DNA from: the human T2T-CHM13v2.0 reference genome, Homo sapiens
NCBI RefSeq assembly: GCF_009914755.1
Contig: NC_060925.1
Direction: 5' to 3' (one strand)
Length of the DNA: 64,000 nucleotides
A program made the translations under genes and the position numbers. Under the pieces are notes generated by a model. It made no database searches, was not told the origin of the DNA, and saw nothing but the letters and a program-made list of their open reading frames with translations. Below are positions 16,473-32,229 of the stretch, in pieces (the stretch's first letter is position 1; every line of letters begins with the position of its first letter).

Positions 16473-19400
16473 GAAAAGTAATTTATTATTGAACTCTCAC
16501 CCAATCTCTTAGACAACTAAAGAACCCTACTCATTATTTTATTTTTTAAATTGAGATAATGTTTTGCTGTGTTGCCCAGCCTGGTCTCAAACTCCTGAGA
16601 TCAAGCAATCCTCCTGCCTCAGCCTCTCAAGTAGCTGGGATTACAGATGCATACCACCATGACTGGCTTCTGAATCTAATTCTCAAATCCACGTATCTAA
16701 TGGATTGAGCCTAGGTTATTTCCAGCTTCAAGGGTCTTGGGTTGTAAAATGTTTTAGGTGGTGGGGATGAGGCTTCCATTTGGGTAAGATGAATATCATT
16801 ACGTGGGAAACTACCGAAATGTAGGGACAGTGTTCAAATCTACAAATAACAAATTTCTACCACAGAAAAGTACACGTTGAGTATCCCTAATTTGAAAAAT
16901 ACAAAATCTGAAACTTCTGAGCACCCGAAACGATGGCACAAGTGGAAAATTCCACACCTGACCTCATATGATGAGTCACAGCCAAAACGCAGTTAAAACT
17001 TTGTTTCAAGCACAACATTATTTAAAATATTGTATAAGAAAGGGGAGTAAGATGGTGGAACAGAAGCCTACACTGTTTGCCCCCTGCCCATTGGCAGGAA
17101 CACCAAATTTTAACAACTATCTATACACAGAAAAGCACCGTCACAAGAACCAAAACTCAGATGAGCTATCACAGTACCTGATTTTGACTTCCTATCACTG
17201 AAAAAGGCATTGAAGAGGGTCAGAGAGACAGTCCTGAACCGCCAACACCACCCTTTCCTCATCCCCTGGCACAGAGAGTCTATGCACTTGGGGGTGGGAG
17301 AGCACAGTGACTGGGGAACTTTACATTGAACTCAGTGCTTCCCTGTCACAGTGGAGAGGAGAGGAAAGCTGTGCTGCAATCAGGCAGTGCCTGCGCGTGA
17401 AAGGAACATTTGGACCATACCTAGCCAGCGGGGAATCACCCACCCCAGTGGTCAGAACTTGAGTTTTTTTGGTAAGCCTCGCCACTGCAAGTCAAAGTGC
17501 TCTGGGGTCCTAGTAAAGTTGAAAGGCAGTCTAGGACAGAAAGACTGCAATTCCTAGGCAATTCTTAATTGCTGGGCTGGGCTCTGAGCCAGTGGACTAG
17601 GATGGTATGTGACCTAGAGAGACACCAGGCAGGGTGGCTGAAGGAGTGCTTCCACAACCCCAAGCAGTGCAGTTCACAGTGGCAAAAGTGACTCTTTCCT
17701 TCTGCTTAAGGAGAAGAGAGTGAAGAGTAAGGAGGACTTTGTCTTGCATACCAGCTCAGCTGCAATAGGATAGAGCACTGAACAGAGTCATAAGGCCCCC
17801 ATTAAAGGCCCTTGCTCAAGGATGACATTTCTAGACATACCTTGGGCCAAAAGGGAACCCACTGCCTTGAAGGGAAGGGCCCAGTCCTGGCAGGATTCAT
17901 CACCTGCTCACTAAAGAGCCCTTGGGCCCTGTATAACCAGCAATGATACCCAGGCAGTATGCCATGGGCCTTGGGCTCTGAGATGTGCTGACTTCAGGTG
18001 AGACATAGTACATTCCCAGCTGTGGTGGCTATGGTGACACACTCCATCTGATTAAGAAAAACAGAGGGAAAGGGAAAGGGGACTTTGTCTTGCCCCTTGG
18101 ATACAAGCTTGGCCACAGTTGGGTAGAGCAACAAACAGGCTCTTGCAGTTCCCAAGTCTAGACCTAGGCTCTTGGCAGCATTTCTGGACCTGCACTGGGC
18201 CGGAGGGGAGCCCACTGCCCTGAAAGGTGAGTCCCAGGCCTTTTAGCATTCACTACAAGCTGACTGAAGAGCCCTTGGGCTTTAAGTGAAAATCAAGAGT
18301 GGCCTGGCAGAACCCCGCTCTGGGCTGATGGTGGCCATAGGCAGAGGCTCTTCTGCCTAAGTAAAGCAGAGAGGGGAACAGGAAGGACTTTGTATTGTGG
18401 TTTCAGTGCCAGCTTAGCCACAGTAGACTAGAATATCAGACAAATGTATCAGGTTTTTGACTCCAATCCCTGGCTCATCTCTGGACCTGCCTAGGGGAAC
18501 TTGCTGCTCTGAAGGGAAGGACATAAACCTGGCTGGCTTTGCCACCTGCTGATTGTACAGCCCTAGGGCCTTAAGTGAACATAGGTAGTAGCCAGGTAGT
18601 GGTTACAGCAGGCCTTGGGCAAGACCCAGAGCTGTGCTGGCTTCAGGTCTGACCCAGTACAGTCCCAGTGGTGGTGACCACAGGGGTGCTTGCATCACTA
18701 CACCCCCAGTTTCAGGTGGCTCAGGACAGGGAGAGACTCTGTTTGGGAGAAAGTACGGGAAGAGAACAAGAGTCTCTGCCTGGTAGTCCAGAAAATTCTT
18801 CCAGATCTTATCAAAGACCACCAAGGCAGTACCTCTGTAAGTATGCAAGAAATACAGCTTTATTGGGCTTGGGGCCCAAGTCCCTTCAAATACCTGGAAA
18901 GCCTTCTCAAGAAGGATGGGCACAAACAAGCCCAGACTGCAAACATTACAATAGATACCTAACTCTTTAATGCCCAGACACTGACAAACATCTACAAGCA
19001 TCAAGATCATTCAGGAAAACATGACTTCACCAAACAAACTAAATAAGGTACTAGGGACCAATTCTAGAGAGACAGGGATATGTTAACCTTCAGACAGAAA
19101 ATTCAAAATAGCTGTTTTGAGGAAACTCAAAGAAATTCAAGATGACACCGAGAAGGAATTATGAATTCTACCAAATAAATATAACGAAGAGATTAAAATA
19201 ATTTTTAAAAATCAAGCATAAATTCTAGAGTTGAAAAGTGCAATTGACATACTGAAGACTGCATCAGTCTCTTAATAGCAGAACTGATCAAGTAGAAGAA
19301 AAAAGTAATGAGCTTGAAGACAGGATATTTGAAAATACAGTCAGAGAAGACAAAATAAAAAAGAATGAAGCATGCCTACAAGATCTAGAAAATAGCCTCA

Positions 19401-21225
19401 AAAGGGGAAATCTAAGGGTTAATGGCCTTAAAGAAGAGGTAGAGAAAGAGATAGGGGTAGAAAGTTTATTAAAGCAATAGTATCAGAGAGCATCCCAAAC
19501 CTAGAGAAAGTTATCAACATTCAAGTACAAGATTATAGAATCCCAAGCAGATTTAACCCGAAGAAGACTACCTCAAGGCATTTAATAATCAAATCCCAAT
19601 ATTAAGGATAAAGAAAGGATTCTAAAAGCAGCAAGAGAAAAAAACCAACAAACATTGGAGCTCCAATACATCTGGCAGGAAGCAGACTTTTCAGTGGGAA
19701 CCTCACAGGCCAAAAGAGAGTGATATGACATATTTAAAATGCTGAAGGAAAAAAACTTTTACCCTAGAATAATATATTCAGCAAAAATATTCTTCAAGCA
19801 TGAAGGAGAAAAAAAAACCTTCCCAGACAAACAAAAGCTGAGAGATTTCATCAATACCAGACCTGTCCTGTGAGAAATGATAAAGTGAATTTTTCAGTCT
19901 GAAAGAAAAGGATATTAATGAGCAAGAGGAGACTACCTGAAGGTACAAAACTCACTGGCAAGGGTAAGAACACAGAATAGTATAACACTAACTGTGGTGT
20001 GTAAACTTCTCTTGACTTAAGTAGAAAGACTAAATAATGAACAAATAAAAAATAATAACTACAACAACTTTTCAAGATGTAGACAATACAATAAGACATA
20101 AAGAGGACCAAAGCTAAAAAGCAGGGGGACGAAGTCAAAGTGTAGATTTTTTGTTAGTTTTTTGTGTGTGTTTGTTATGCAATCAGTGTTAACTTGTCAT
20201 CTGTTTAAAATAATGGGTTATAAGATAGTGTTTGCAAGCCTCATGGTAACTGCAAATCAAAAATCATACAACACATACACAAGAAATTAAATCATACCAC
20301 CAGAGAAAATCACCTTCACTAAAAGAAAGACAGGAATAAAGGAAAAAAAAGAGAAGACTGCAAAACAACCAGAAAACAAATAACAAAATGGCAGGAGTGA
20401 GTCCCTCCTCACCAATAATAACATTGAATATAACTGGACTAAACTCTCCAATAAAAAGGCTGAATGGATGAAAAAAACAAGACCCACGGATCTGCTGCCT
20501 ACGAGAAAGACACTTCATCTATAAAGATACATACAGACTGAAAATAAAAGGATCGAAAAGGATATTCCATGCCAATGGAAACCAAAACACAGCAGGAGTT
20601 GCTGTACTTACATCAGACAAAATATATTTCAAGATGAAAACTGTAAGGCGAGACAAAGAAGGTCACCATATAATGATAAAAGGGTCAATTCAGCAAGAGG
20701 ATATAACCATTGTAAACATACATGCACCCAACACCGGAGCACCCAGATATATAAAGCAAATATTATTAGAACTAAAGAGAGAGATAGACCTCAATAGGAT
20801 AATAGCTGGAGACTCTAACACCCCACTTTCAGCATTGGGCAAGTCTCCCTTACAGAAATTCAACAAAGAAACATTGGACTTAATCTGCCCTAAAGAATGA
20901 ATAGACATAATAGATATTAAAAGAACATTTCATCCACTAGCTGCAGAATACACATTCTTCTCTTTAGCATATGGACCATTCTCAAGGATAGACCATATGT
21001 TAGATCACAAAACAAATATTAAAACATTCAAAAAAATTGAAATAATTTCAAGCATTTTCTCTGACCACAAAGGAATAAAACTAGAAATCAATAACAAGAG
21101 GAATTTTGGAAACAATACAAACACATAGAAATTTAAACAATATGCTCCTGAATGACTAGTGAGTCAATGAAGAAATTAAGAAGGAAACTGAAAAATTTCT
21201 TGAAACAAATAATAGAAACACAATG

Positions 21226-21658
<433 letters not shown>

Positions 21659-22086
21659 CTAAAAGAACAAGGAAAGCAAGAGCAAACCAAACTCACAATT
21701 AATAGAAGGAAAGAAATAGCAAAGATCAGAGCAGAAATAAGTGAATCTGAAATGAAGAAAACAATACAAAAGATAAACTAAACCAAAAGTTGGGTTTTTT
21801 TTAAAAAGATAAACAAAATTGGCAAACCTTTAGCCAGACTAACAGAAAAAAAGGGAGAAGACCCAAATAAAATCAGAGACAAAAAAGGAGACATTACCAC
21901 TGATACCACAGAAATTCAAAGGATCATTAGTGGCTACTATTAGCAACTATATGCCAATAAACTAGAGAATCTAGAGGTATGGATAATTCCTAGACATGAC
22001 TCACCAAGATTGAATCATGAAGAAATCCAAATCCTGAATAGATCAATAACAAGTAATGAGATCGAAGATGTAATAAAAAGTTTCCC

Positions 22087-23924
22087 GCTCTCCCTCTACC
22101 TCTCCCTCTCCCTCTCCGTCTCCCTCTCCCCACGGTCTCCCTCTCTTTCCAAGGTCTCCCTCTCATGCGGAGCCGAAGCTGGACTGTACTGCTGCCATCT
22201 CGGCTCACTGCAACCTCCCTGCCTGATTCTCCTGCCTCAGCCTGCCGAGTGCCTGCGATTGCAGGCACGTGCCGCCACGCCTGACTGGTTTTGGTGGAGA
22301 CGGGGTTTCGCTGTGTTGGCCGGGCCGGTCTCCAGCCCCTAACCGCGAGTGATCCGCCAGCCTCGGCCTCCCGAGGTGCCGGGATTGCAGACGGAGTCTC
22401 GTTCACTCAGTGCTCAATGGTGCCCAGGCTGGAGTGCAGTGGCGTGATCTCGGCTGGCTACAACCTCCACCTCCCAGCCGCCTGCCTTGGCGTCCCAAAC
22501 TGCCGAGATTGCAGCCTCTGCCCGGCCACCATCCCGTCTGGGAGATGAGGAGTGTCTCTGCCTGGCCGCCCATCGTCTGGGATGTGAGGAGCCCCTCTGC
22601 CTGGCTGCCTAGTCTGGAAAGTGAGGAGCGTCTCCGCCCGGCCGCCATCACATCTAGGAAGTGAGGAGCGTCTCTGCCCGGCCGCCCATCCTCTGAGATG
22701 TGGGGAGCGCCTCTGCCCCGCCACCCCATCTGGGATGTGAGGAGCGCCTCTGCCCGGCCGCCCCGTCTGAGAAGTGAGGAGACCCTCTGCCTGGCAACCA
22801 CCCCGTCTGAGAAGTGAGGAGCCCCTCCGCCCGGCAGCTGCCCCGTCTGAGAAGTGAGGAGCCTCTCCGCCCGGCAGCCACCCCATCTGGGAAGTGAGGA
22901 GCGTCTCCGCCCGGCAGCCACCCTGTCCGGGAGGGAGGTGGGGGGGGTCAGCCCCCCGCCCGGCCAGCCGCCCCATCCGGGAGGGAGGTGAGGGGGTCAG
23001 CCCCCCGCCCGGCCAGCCGCCCCGTCCGGGAGGTGAGGGGCGCCTCTGCCCGGCCGCCCCTACTGGGAAGTGAGGAGCCCCTCTGCCCGGCCAGCCGCCC
23101 CGTCCGGGAGGGAGGTGGGGGGGTCAGCCACCCCGTCCGGGAGGGAGGTGGGGGGGTCAGCTCCCCGCCCGGCCAGCCGCCCCGTCTGGGAGGTGAGGGG
23201 CGCCTCTGCCCGGCCGCCCCTACTGGGAAGTGAGGAGCCCCTCTGCCCGGCCAGCCGCCCCGTCCGGGAGGGAGGTGGGGGGTCAGCCCCCCGCCCGGCC
23301 AGCCGCCCCGTCCGGGAGGTGAGGGGCGCCTCTGCCCGGCCGCCCCTACTGGGAAGTGAAGAGCCCCTCTGCCCGGCCACCACCCCGTCTGGGAGGTGTG
23401 CCCAACAGCTCATTGAGAATGGGCCATGATGACAATGGCGGTTTTGTGGAATAGAAAGGGGGGAAAGGTGGGGAAAAGATTGAGAAATCGGATGGTTGCC
23501 GTGTCTGTGTAGAAAGAAGTAGACATGGGAGACTTTTCATTTTGTGCTGCACTAAGAAAAATTCTTCTGCCTTGGGATCCTGTAGATCTGTGACCTTACC
23601 CCCAACCCTGTGCTCTCTGAAACATGTGCTGTGTCCACTCAGGGTTAAATGGATTAAGGGCGGTGCAAGATGTGCTTTGTTAAACAGATGCTTGAAGGCA
23701 GCATGCTCGTTAAGAGTCATCACCACTCCCTAATCTCAAGTAATCAGGGACACAAACACTGCGGAAGGCCGCAGGGTCCTCTACCTAGGAAAACCAGAGA
23801 CCTTTGTTCACTTGTTTATCTGCTGACCTTCCCTCCACTATTGTCCCATGACCCTGCCAAATCCCCCTCTGTGAGAAACACCCAAGAATTATCAATAAAA
23901 ATAAAATAAAATAAAATAAAAAAA
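22087..23924 (+). mobile_element. SVA retrotransposon, full length: CCCTCT hexamers, antisense Alu-like domain, GC-rich VNTR, SINE-R, A-rich tail; subfamily probably D but not resolved
   Basis: All canonical SVA domains in order; AATAAA at 23894-23899. Confidence 0.97.
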
Positions 23925-24026
23925 GGGACAGAAATTGTGCATTCGGGGAGCTCGGATTTTAAGGCAGTAGCTTGCCGATGCTCCCAGCTGAATAAAGCCC
24001 TTCCTTCTACAAAAAAAAAAAAAAAA
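23925..24026 (+). other. SVA 3' transduction (86 nt of ERV1-LTR-like sequence) with its own AATAAA and a second poly(A) tail
   Basis: Non-SVA sequence 23925-24010, AATAAA 23991-23996, A16 at 24011-24026, then TTCCC and resumption of L1 ORF2. Confidence 0.85.
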
Positions 24027-24087
24027 TTCCCAATAAAGAAAAGCCCAGGACCTGCTGGCTTCACTGCTGAATTCCACCAAATATTTA

Positions 24088-24513
<426 letters not shown>

Positions 24514-25163
24514 TTATTATGCATTACATGCCTGTGTCAAAATATCTCATGTACTCCATAAATATATACACCTTCTAGGTACTCATAAAAATTACAAATT
24601 GAAAAATTTTTAAATAAAATATTGTATAAAGTTGGCTTCAGGTTATGTGTATAAGGTGTATATGAAATACAAATGAATTTCATGTTTAGGTTTGGGTCCT
24701 AGCCCCAAGATATCTCATTATGTACATGCAAATATTTCAAAATCTGAAATCTAAAACACTTCTGGCACCAAAAATTTTAGATAAGGGATGCTTAACCTGT
24801 GTGCCTTCATGTCTCGAGCCACAAAATCCACAGAAAGAGTCCAGAAGAGCTGGATTACAGTCAATAATGACATAATAATTTTAAAAAATTAGTACTTTAT
24901 TGTAACTTTTTAAATTTTAGAGATGGGGGTCTGTATGTTGCTCAGGCTGGATTTGAACTCCTGGGCTAAATAATCCTCCTGCCTCAGCCTCCTGAGTAGC
25001 TGGGACTACAGGTGCATACTACCACACCCAGCTTTACGATAACTGACCTTTTGTAACCAACTACTCTGTGTACATTGTGGTACTAGATATTTTACATACA
25101 TTAATCATTTAATCTTCATAAAAACTTGCAAGCTGAGTATCATTAATTCTTTTTTTCATTTAG

Positions 25164-25412
<249 letters not shown>

Positions 25413-25554
25413 TAGAGATGAAGTCTCACTATTTTGCCCAGGCTGGTCTCAAACTCCTGGACTCAATCAATCTTACCACCTTGGCCTCCCAAAGTGTTGG
25501 GATTACAGGCGTTAGCTACCATGCCTGGCCCTATTCACAGTCTTGATCATATCT

Positions 25555-25975
25555 GTTGACCTTAAGAAAGAAATAGAGTCAAAATTAATACAGAGAGTTT
25601 ATTTGGGCCAAGGTTCAGGACAACTACCAAGGAAATACCTCCAAGAGGCTCAAGTTTTCTTAAAGAAAAAAGGACAAATCAGGAAAGGGACAATTACAAA
25701 AGTTGTTTGCCAGGAATTTTCATTGGTATACAGAAATAACATTGATTGGTGATTGGCTATATATTTTTTAACCATAGGGTATGAGTTATGGTGTCCAGAG
25801 TATGACTCCATTAGATTAATTTATGGCTATTGGTGTTGACACTCAGTCTGGAGTCCATATAGCAGGCAGATTACTTAGCTCAAAGTGGGGTGTGGGACAC
25901 GACTTTCGATGGCTTTCTGGGTCTTATAATTTAAAGGCGCTTGCATTCCTCAGATAAGTTTATTTTCTTTTTCCT
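25555..25975 (-). mobile_element. ERV1 (MER4-group-like) LTR fragment
   Basis: agagtttatttgggccaagg (reverse poly(A) signal) and gcattcctcagata motifs from recall. Confidence 0.55.
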
Positions 25976-26400
25976 AGAGTTTTTTCTACAGACTCAAACT
26001 CCTGGGCTCAAGTGATCCTCCCGCTTCAACCTCCCTAGTAGCTGGGACTACAAGCACGTGCCACTGCAGCTGGCTCCATTGATTCCATCTTACAAATGAG
26101 GAACTGAGATTTATAGTTACTCAAGATTATAAATTCCATAAGCACCAGAGCTGGACTGAGAGGTCAGGTCAGTTTGGCTCTCACCGTGCTCTGGTTGGAG
26201 CTGGGAACTGATATTTTCTCCCTTGGTGAGGAAATACCCTCCAAGTGCTATGCACAATTTATATACAGGAGTGCAAAAAGGCTGGGGTTTTCAGGTTACC
26301 TGATCTGACCCTCCCAACCTACACCTCTGCTACTTTTTTCCTCTACTTTCTCTTTCATAAAACTTTTTTAGAATAAGGAAGAATGAAGAACAATTACCTA

Positions 26401-26856
26401 CAGTTGGTCCTCCATATCTGCAGGTTCTGCATCCACAGATTCAAATAACAGTGAATTGAAAATATTTGGGAAAGAAACAAGAAATAAGATACAACAGTCA
26501 AAATAATATATTAAAAAATACAGTATAATTATTTACAAAGTATTACATTGCATTAAGTATTATAAGTAATCTAGAGATAAGGCTGGGATGGTGGCTCATG
26601 CCTGTAATCCCACACTTTGGGAGGCTGAGCTGGCAGATTGCTTGAGCCTAGGAGTTCAAGACCAGCCTGGGCAACATGGTGAAACCCCACCTTTACAAAA
26701 AATAAATAAATAAGTAATCTAGAGATGATTTAAAGTATATGGGAGGTTATATGCAAATACTACATCATTTTATACAAGGGACTTGAGCATCTGAGGATTT
26801 TGGTATCCCTGGGGGGGTCCTGGAACCAGTCCCCCAAGGATATCAAGGGATGACTG
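26401..26856. mobile_element. MER2 (Tigger-family) non-autonomous DNA transposon with TA TSDs, containing an Alu monomer (~26581-26710, TSD AAGTAATCTAGAGAT)
   Basis: ta|cagttggtcctccatatc ... gatatcaagggatgactg|ta inverted ends. Confidence 0.85.
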
Positions 26857-27182
26857 TACGTAAGTGTTCCTCGCCTCTCAAAAACCTGCTCTTTCCTTTT
26901 TGTATTGCCGTAATAGGTTTTAACAATGATGCTTCAGGTCTGTTATTGCCAGACATTGCCAGCAGGCTTTGGCTATTGTTGCCATGGGTCACATGTCTTT
27001 CTGACCTAAGGAAAGGAAGTGCCGCCTTCCCAAAACAACAGATCCTTTAACCCTATTTTGGGTATATTAGATGTTAGGTGTTTGACAGGGCTTGAATTCA
27101 GAATCAACAGACAGCTAACTCAGACAAATGGAGATTAAAATGTCATCTTTGTTACTGACAAAAGCTGAACTGGACGTGTTAA

Positions 27183-27256
27183 CCCATTTCCTGTTTAGGA
27201 AAAGAAAGTGCAACTCCGCTGCCAGTGCTCATTTCTCAGGGCAAACAGGAAATGGG
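27183..27256. mobile_element. piggyBac-type MITE (MER75A-like), 74 bp
   Basis: Perfect 14-bp TIRs CCCATTTCCTGTTT / AAACAGGAAATGGG flanked by TTAA and TTAG. Confidence 0.85.
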
Positions 27257-27271
27257 TTAGGAAAAATTATC

Positions 27272-28044
<773 letters not shown>

Positions 28045-28420
28045 TTAAGAAAAAAATTCTTAACCATTAATGGTTATTTTATATGGTAATATAATTAATG
28101 GTTATATAATTAATGGTAAAATTATATGCCAGTTCTTCTCCAAGATTTCTTCAACAAGCTTATTTCAAGTTTCATTGCCTTTCTTGCTATGTTGACCTGC
28201 TTATATAAAAGCTCGGCAGCTAAATCACCAGCAAATTGCTTTCCCTCAGCCTCCCCGGTAGCTGGGACTACAGGCGTGTGCCACCATGCCCAGCTTTTGA
28301 ACATCTTTTCATATGCCTATTTGCCACCTGTGTATCTTCTTTGGTGAGGTGTTGTTTAGGTCTTTTCCCCAATTTTTAATTGAGTTCTTTTCTTATTGTT
28401 GAGTGTTAAGAGTTCTTTGT

Positions 28421-28800
<380 letters not shown>

Positions 28801-28894
28801 TCATCAAAAGTTTAAGTAGAAGACATGGAGATCATTGAGGGAGTTCATTCCACCTTTGAGTCTTTACCCAGAGGAGCCCCGGTCCACGTGCGTG

Positions 28895-29379
28895 TGTGAT
28901 ATGATGAGGTTTCTCTTCAAATAATCTGATCAATCCTTTATCCCCCTCCCACTTTTTCCTTTTTCTCCTCTTTTCCTTTTTGCCTTTGTTAAATGCCCAG
29001 GCACACCACAGTACTAGGTGTTATCAGTACCAGCTCACATTCCTTTCCTTATTTGGAAAGAGGACTAACTTTACAGCTCATTACAGACACCCCTTCCCTT
29101 CCTCTCTACTTCCTTTTACAGGCCCATCTTATCTAAAAAATCAAATGTTTAGCCAACCGGGATTAGTTTAGATTGCATGACCCGACCCCGGCCAATGGGG
29201 AAAGGGTACAGGGGCAGGACTTGCATCAGGAATAAAGGCTCTTGTGCCCCTTTGTTCAGGTGTGCTCTCATGGCGACTGGCCAAGGAGGCACCCCTCTGC
29301 ACAGAAGTAAAATTGCTTTGCTAAGAATCCTTTGTTGAAGTGTTCAATTTCCTTAGGATTTTAAGCGTTATTCCTAACA
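28895..29379 (+). mobile_element. ERV1 solo LTR (LTR10-family-like), 485 bp, TSD CGTG
   Basis: TG...CA ends (tgtgatatgatgaggtttctcttcaaa ... ttcctaaca), CCAAT box, AATAAAG, AGTAAA, 4-bp TSD. Confidence 0.8.
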
Positions 29380-30646
29380 CGTGGTTTAGATCCTGATCCC
29401 CCAGATTATGCTGTGTTTTAGGGAGGAATAATAACTGACTCTTGGGGGCCATGTGTGGAGGGTGCTTGGGGAGGTGTAGGAAGCTCTGTGACATCCCTCA
29501 CCATGGGCGCTGAGGTTCCATACTGGGATTAATGAGACGTTTAGAAGGTGGTGACCTGCTTTGTGTTTGCCTAGGGACTTTTCTGAAGAAAAGAGATCTA
29601 TTTGATCCTAGACTTGGAAATGTTAAGCGTTACTAGTCCAGGCTCCTTTTTTTAGATGGTAGGAATAGCTGGTCCAGAGAGGAGATTTCCTGAAAGTTAC
29701 ATGCTAGTTTGGATAGATTTGGGGATGAGGACTCAGTGTTCTTTTCCCTGTATCCCTTAGTTGTAACCTGGAATAGCTAGATCCAGACACGGGAACCTTC
29801 AAGTTTCAGATGGCAAATGGCCCTTGCATGGCCACTCCACTGCTCTATTCCCCTCAAACAAATAAGAGAAAACCCACAGTTAGACTCACTACCTGTGAGT
29901 TTACTAACCCAGAGTCAGGCTGGCTTGAACTGAAATGCCTCACTTAGAAGAAAAGCTTCTTATGGCCTGGACAGGACAGTGAGACTACCCAGACTCTATA
30001 GATGACCCAGAAGTGATTGTTTTCTTCTACGGTTGATTATATATCTTATATTTGCTTGTAAGGGGGGACTTCCTGCCTTGGTAGTTTAGCCAGTTAGAGC
30101 TTTAGCCAATTACAGCCTCAGCCTTTATACACTGACAACTTAAGGTATGATTATTGAGCTCTATAGGCAGGTCACTGCACAGCTTCTATAAATTATCCAT
30201 TCTTTTTGTTTCTTAATTTGTTTTTTAATCGTAGTTCTTTAGTTCTGCCACTTTGGTATGATTGCTTAGGGGAGAGGTAATGCAAACCCCTTCCTTTAAT
30301 CACCTGAACAAAGGCCCTTTGACTATCCCCAACATTTATGAAAACTTAGAAAATGTCATTTTACAGGTAATATGAATCAAATAAACTGGTCAGCCTGAAA
30401 GATTATAAATAGCACTGAGTTATTGATTATTGATTAAATTATTTGATTATTTCCTCCCCTATCTTTTTATGAGCTCCCTTATTCAGAGGTCAGTCCTCTA
30501 ATTTTCTTGCTTTTTTTCTACATGAGATCTTCACTCTTAAATGGGCCTGGTATCCTCCAAGCTGGAGAATCTATGTCTTACCCTTTTCCAAGGCTAAATC
30601 TCTGGGCTTCTGCTATGCTAGGGAAGGAATCTGAGCATCTCACTGA

Positions 30647-30955
<309 letters not shown>

Positions 30956-31969
30956 GCATCTCACTGATTCTTATAGCAGACTTTCTACCATTCCTTATAT
31001 TTTTAGCCCATCATGCTGTCTTCTAGGATTAGCTGGTGCTCCCAATTCCTGAGCCTTATGCAGGGTTTAGCTGTGTAAATCAGATTGCTCCAAAGCCTGC
31101 TAAGATCCCTATTTCTCAAGTCTGCTCAGGTAACGACCACTTGACTCATCTACTTTGCAGGTTTTCAATATTTTGTTGCTATTTCTATAAGGCAGAAAAA
31201 GAAGTGCAAATCAATTATAAGCATGTGAACAAATATTCAATGTCACTCAAAATGTAAATTAAAATAAACAATGAAATACCATTTTTCATCTATCAGTGAG
31301 TGGGAAGGAAGGAGTTAAGTAGAAGACCTATAATCCATCTTCTCCCTTTATAGAGCAATATTCCCAGGAAAGCAAGCAAACATATGATTCTTATAAATAT
31401 GGTAATTACAGACCTGGCAAACTAATGGTATCTGCTAACAAGAAAGTCCCTATCTGGATATGGAGTGGATAAAATTTTATCCTAGTGACAAATATTTTTA
31501 TGTTCAGACATCTCCTATTGGTCACATTATTATATAAAACTGCCTATGTTTTAAAAATGTTTCATTTCCAATACGGCTGTTAAGTTCTGAAATTTTTTTC
31601 TTCTGTTTGACTGTTTAAACAGTTACTATTAGGACATAACTGATATCAAAATAACATAGATATAAATATTGATAAGTAATTACTAAACACAAAAAGTAGC
31701 ATTTTATTGTAACTATGTCTTTTGATGAGATGATATGTCTTTTTAGCAATTCATATAGCTGTTTATGAATATTACTGATTCAAAAAATGAGACAGTTTAG
31801 CATCAATACTATCCCTATTTTTTTATTAGATGTGTTGAGAAACCTCATTTATGTAAATGAGTAAATGGGTCTCAAAGTTTTGTTATAGCAGTGTGACAAT
31901 TCTTTGAAAAAGTTCCAAGTTACATGCTAAAATGACTTCGTGAGCTTTCATCTAAAATTATGGTGAATG

Positions 31970-32229
31970 ACCAGGTGCAGTGACTCACATCTGTAATCCC
32001 AGCACTTTGGGAAGCCAAAGTGGGAAGATCACTTAAGCCCAGGTGTTCAACACTGGCCTAGGCAACATGGCAAGACCCCCATCTTTACAAAAAAACAAAA
32101 ATAATTAGCTGGGCATGATAGCACATGCCTGTAGTCCCAGCTACTTGGGAGGCTGAGGTGGGAGGATAGTTCGAGCCCAGAAAGCGGAAGCTGCTGCACT
32201 CCAGCCTGGGCAAGACCCTGTCTCAAAAA
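31970..32229 (+). mobile_element. AluJ-type SINE
   Basis: Diverged Alu dimer. Confidence 0.85.

Noticed and set aside
22540-23400. Regularly repeated ~35-50-bp units that superficially resemble a CRISPR array, plus many 100-170 aa ORFs
   Set aside because: This is the SVA VNTR: no unique spacers, flanked by SVA domains, eukaryotic context; the ORFs are GC-repeat artefacts.
30355-30372. ttttacag|gtaata AG-GT junction resembling a recursive splice site
   Set aside because: Short pyrimidine tract and not inside any intron I can establish.
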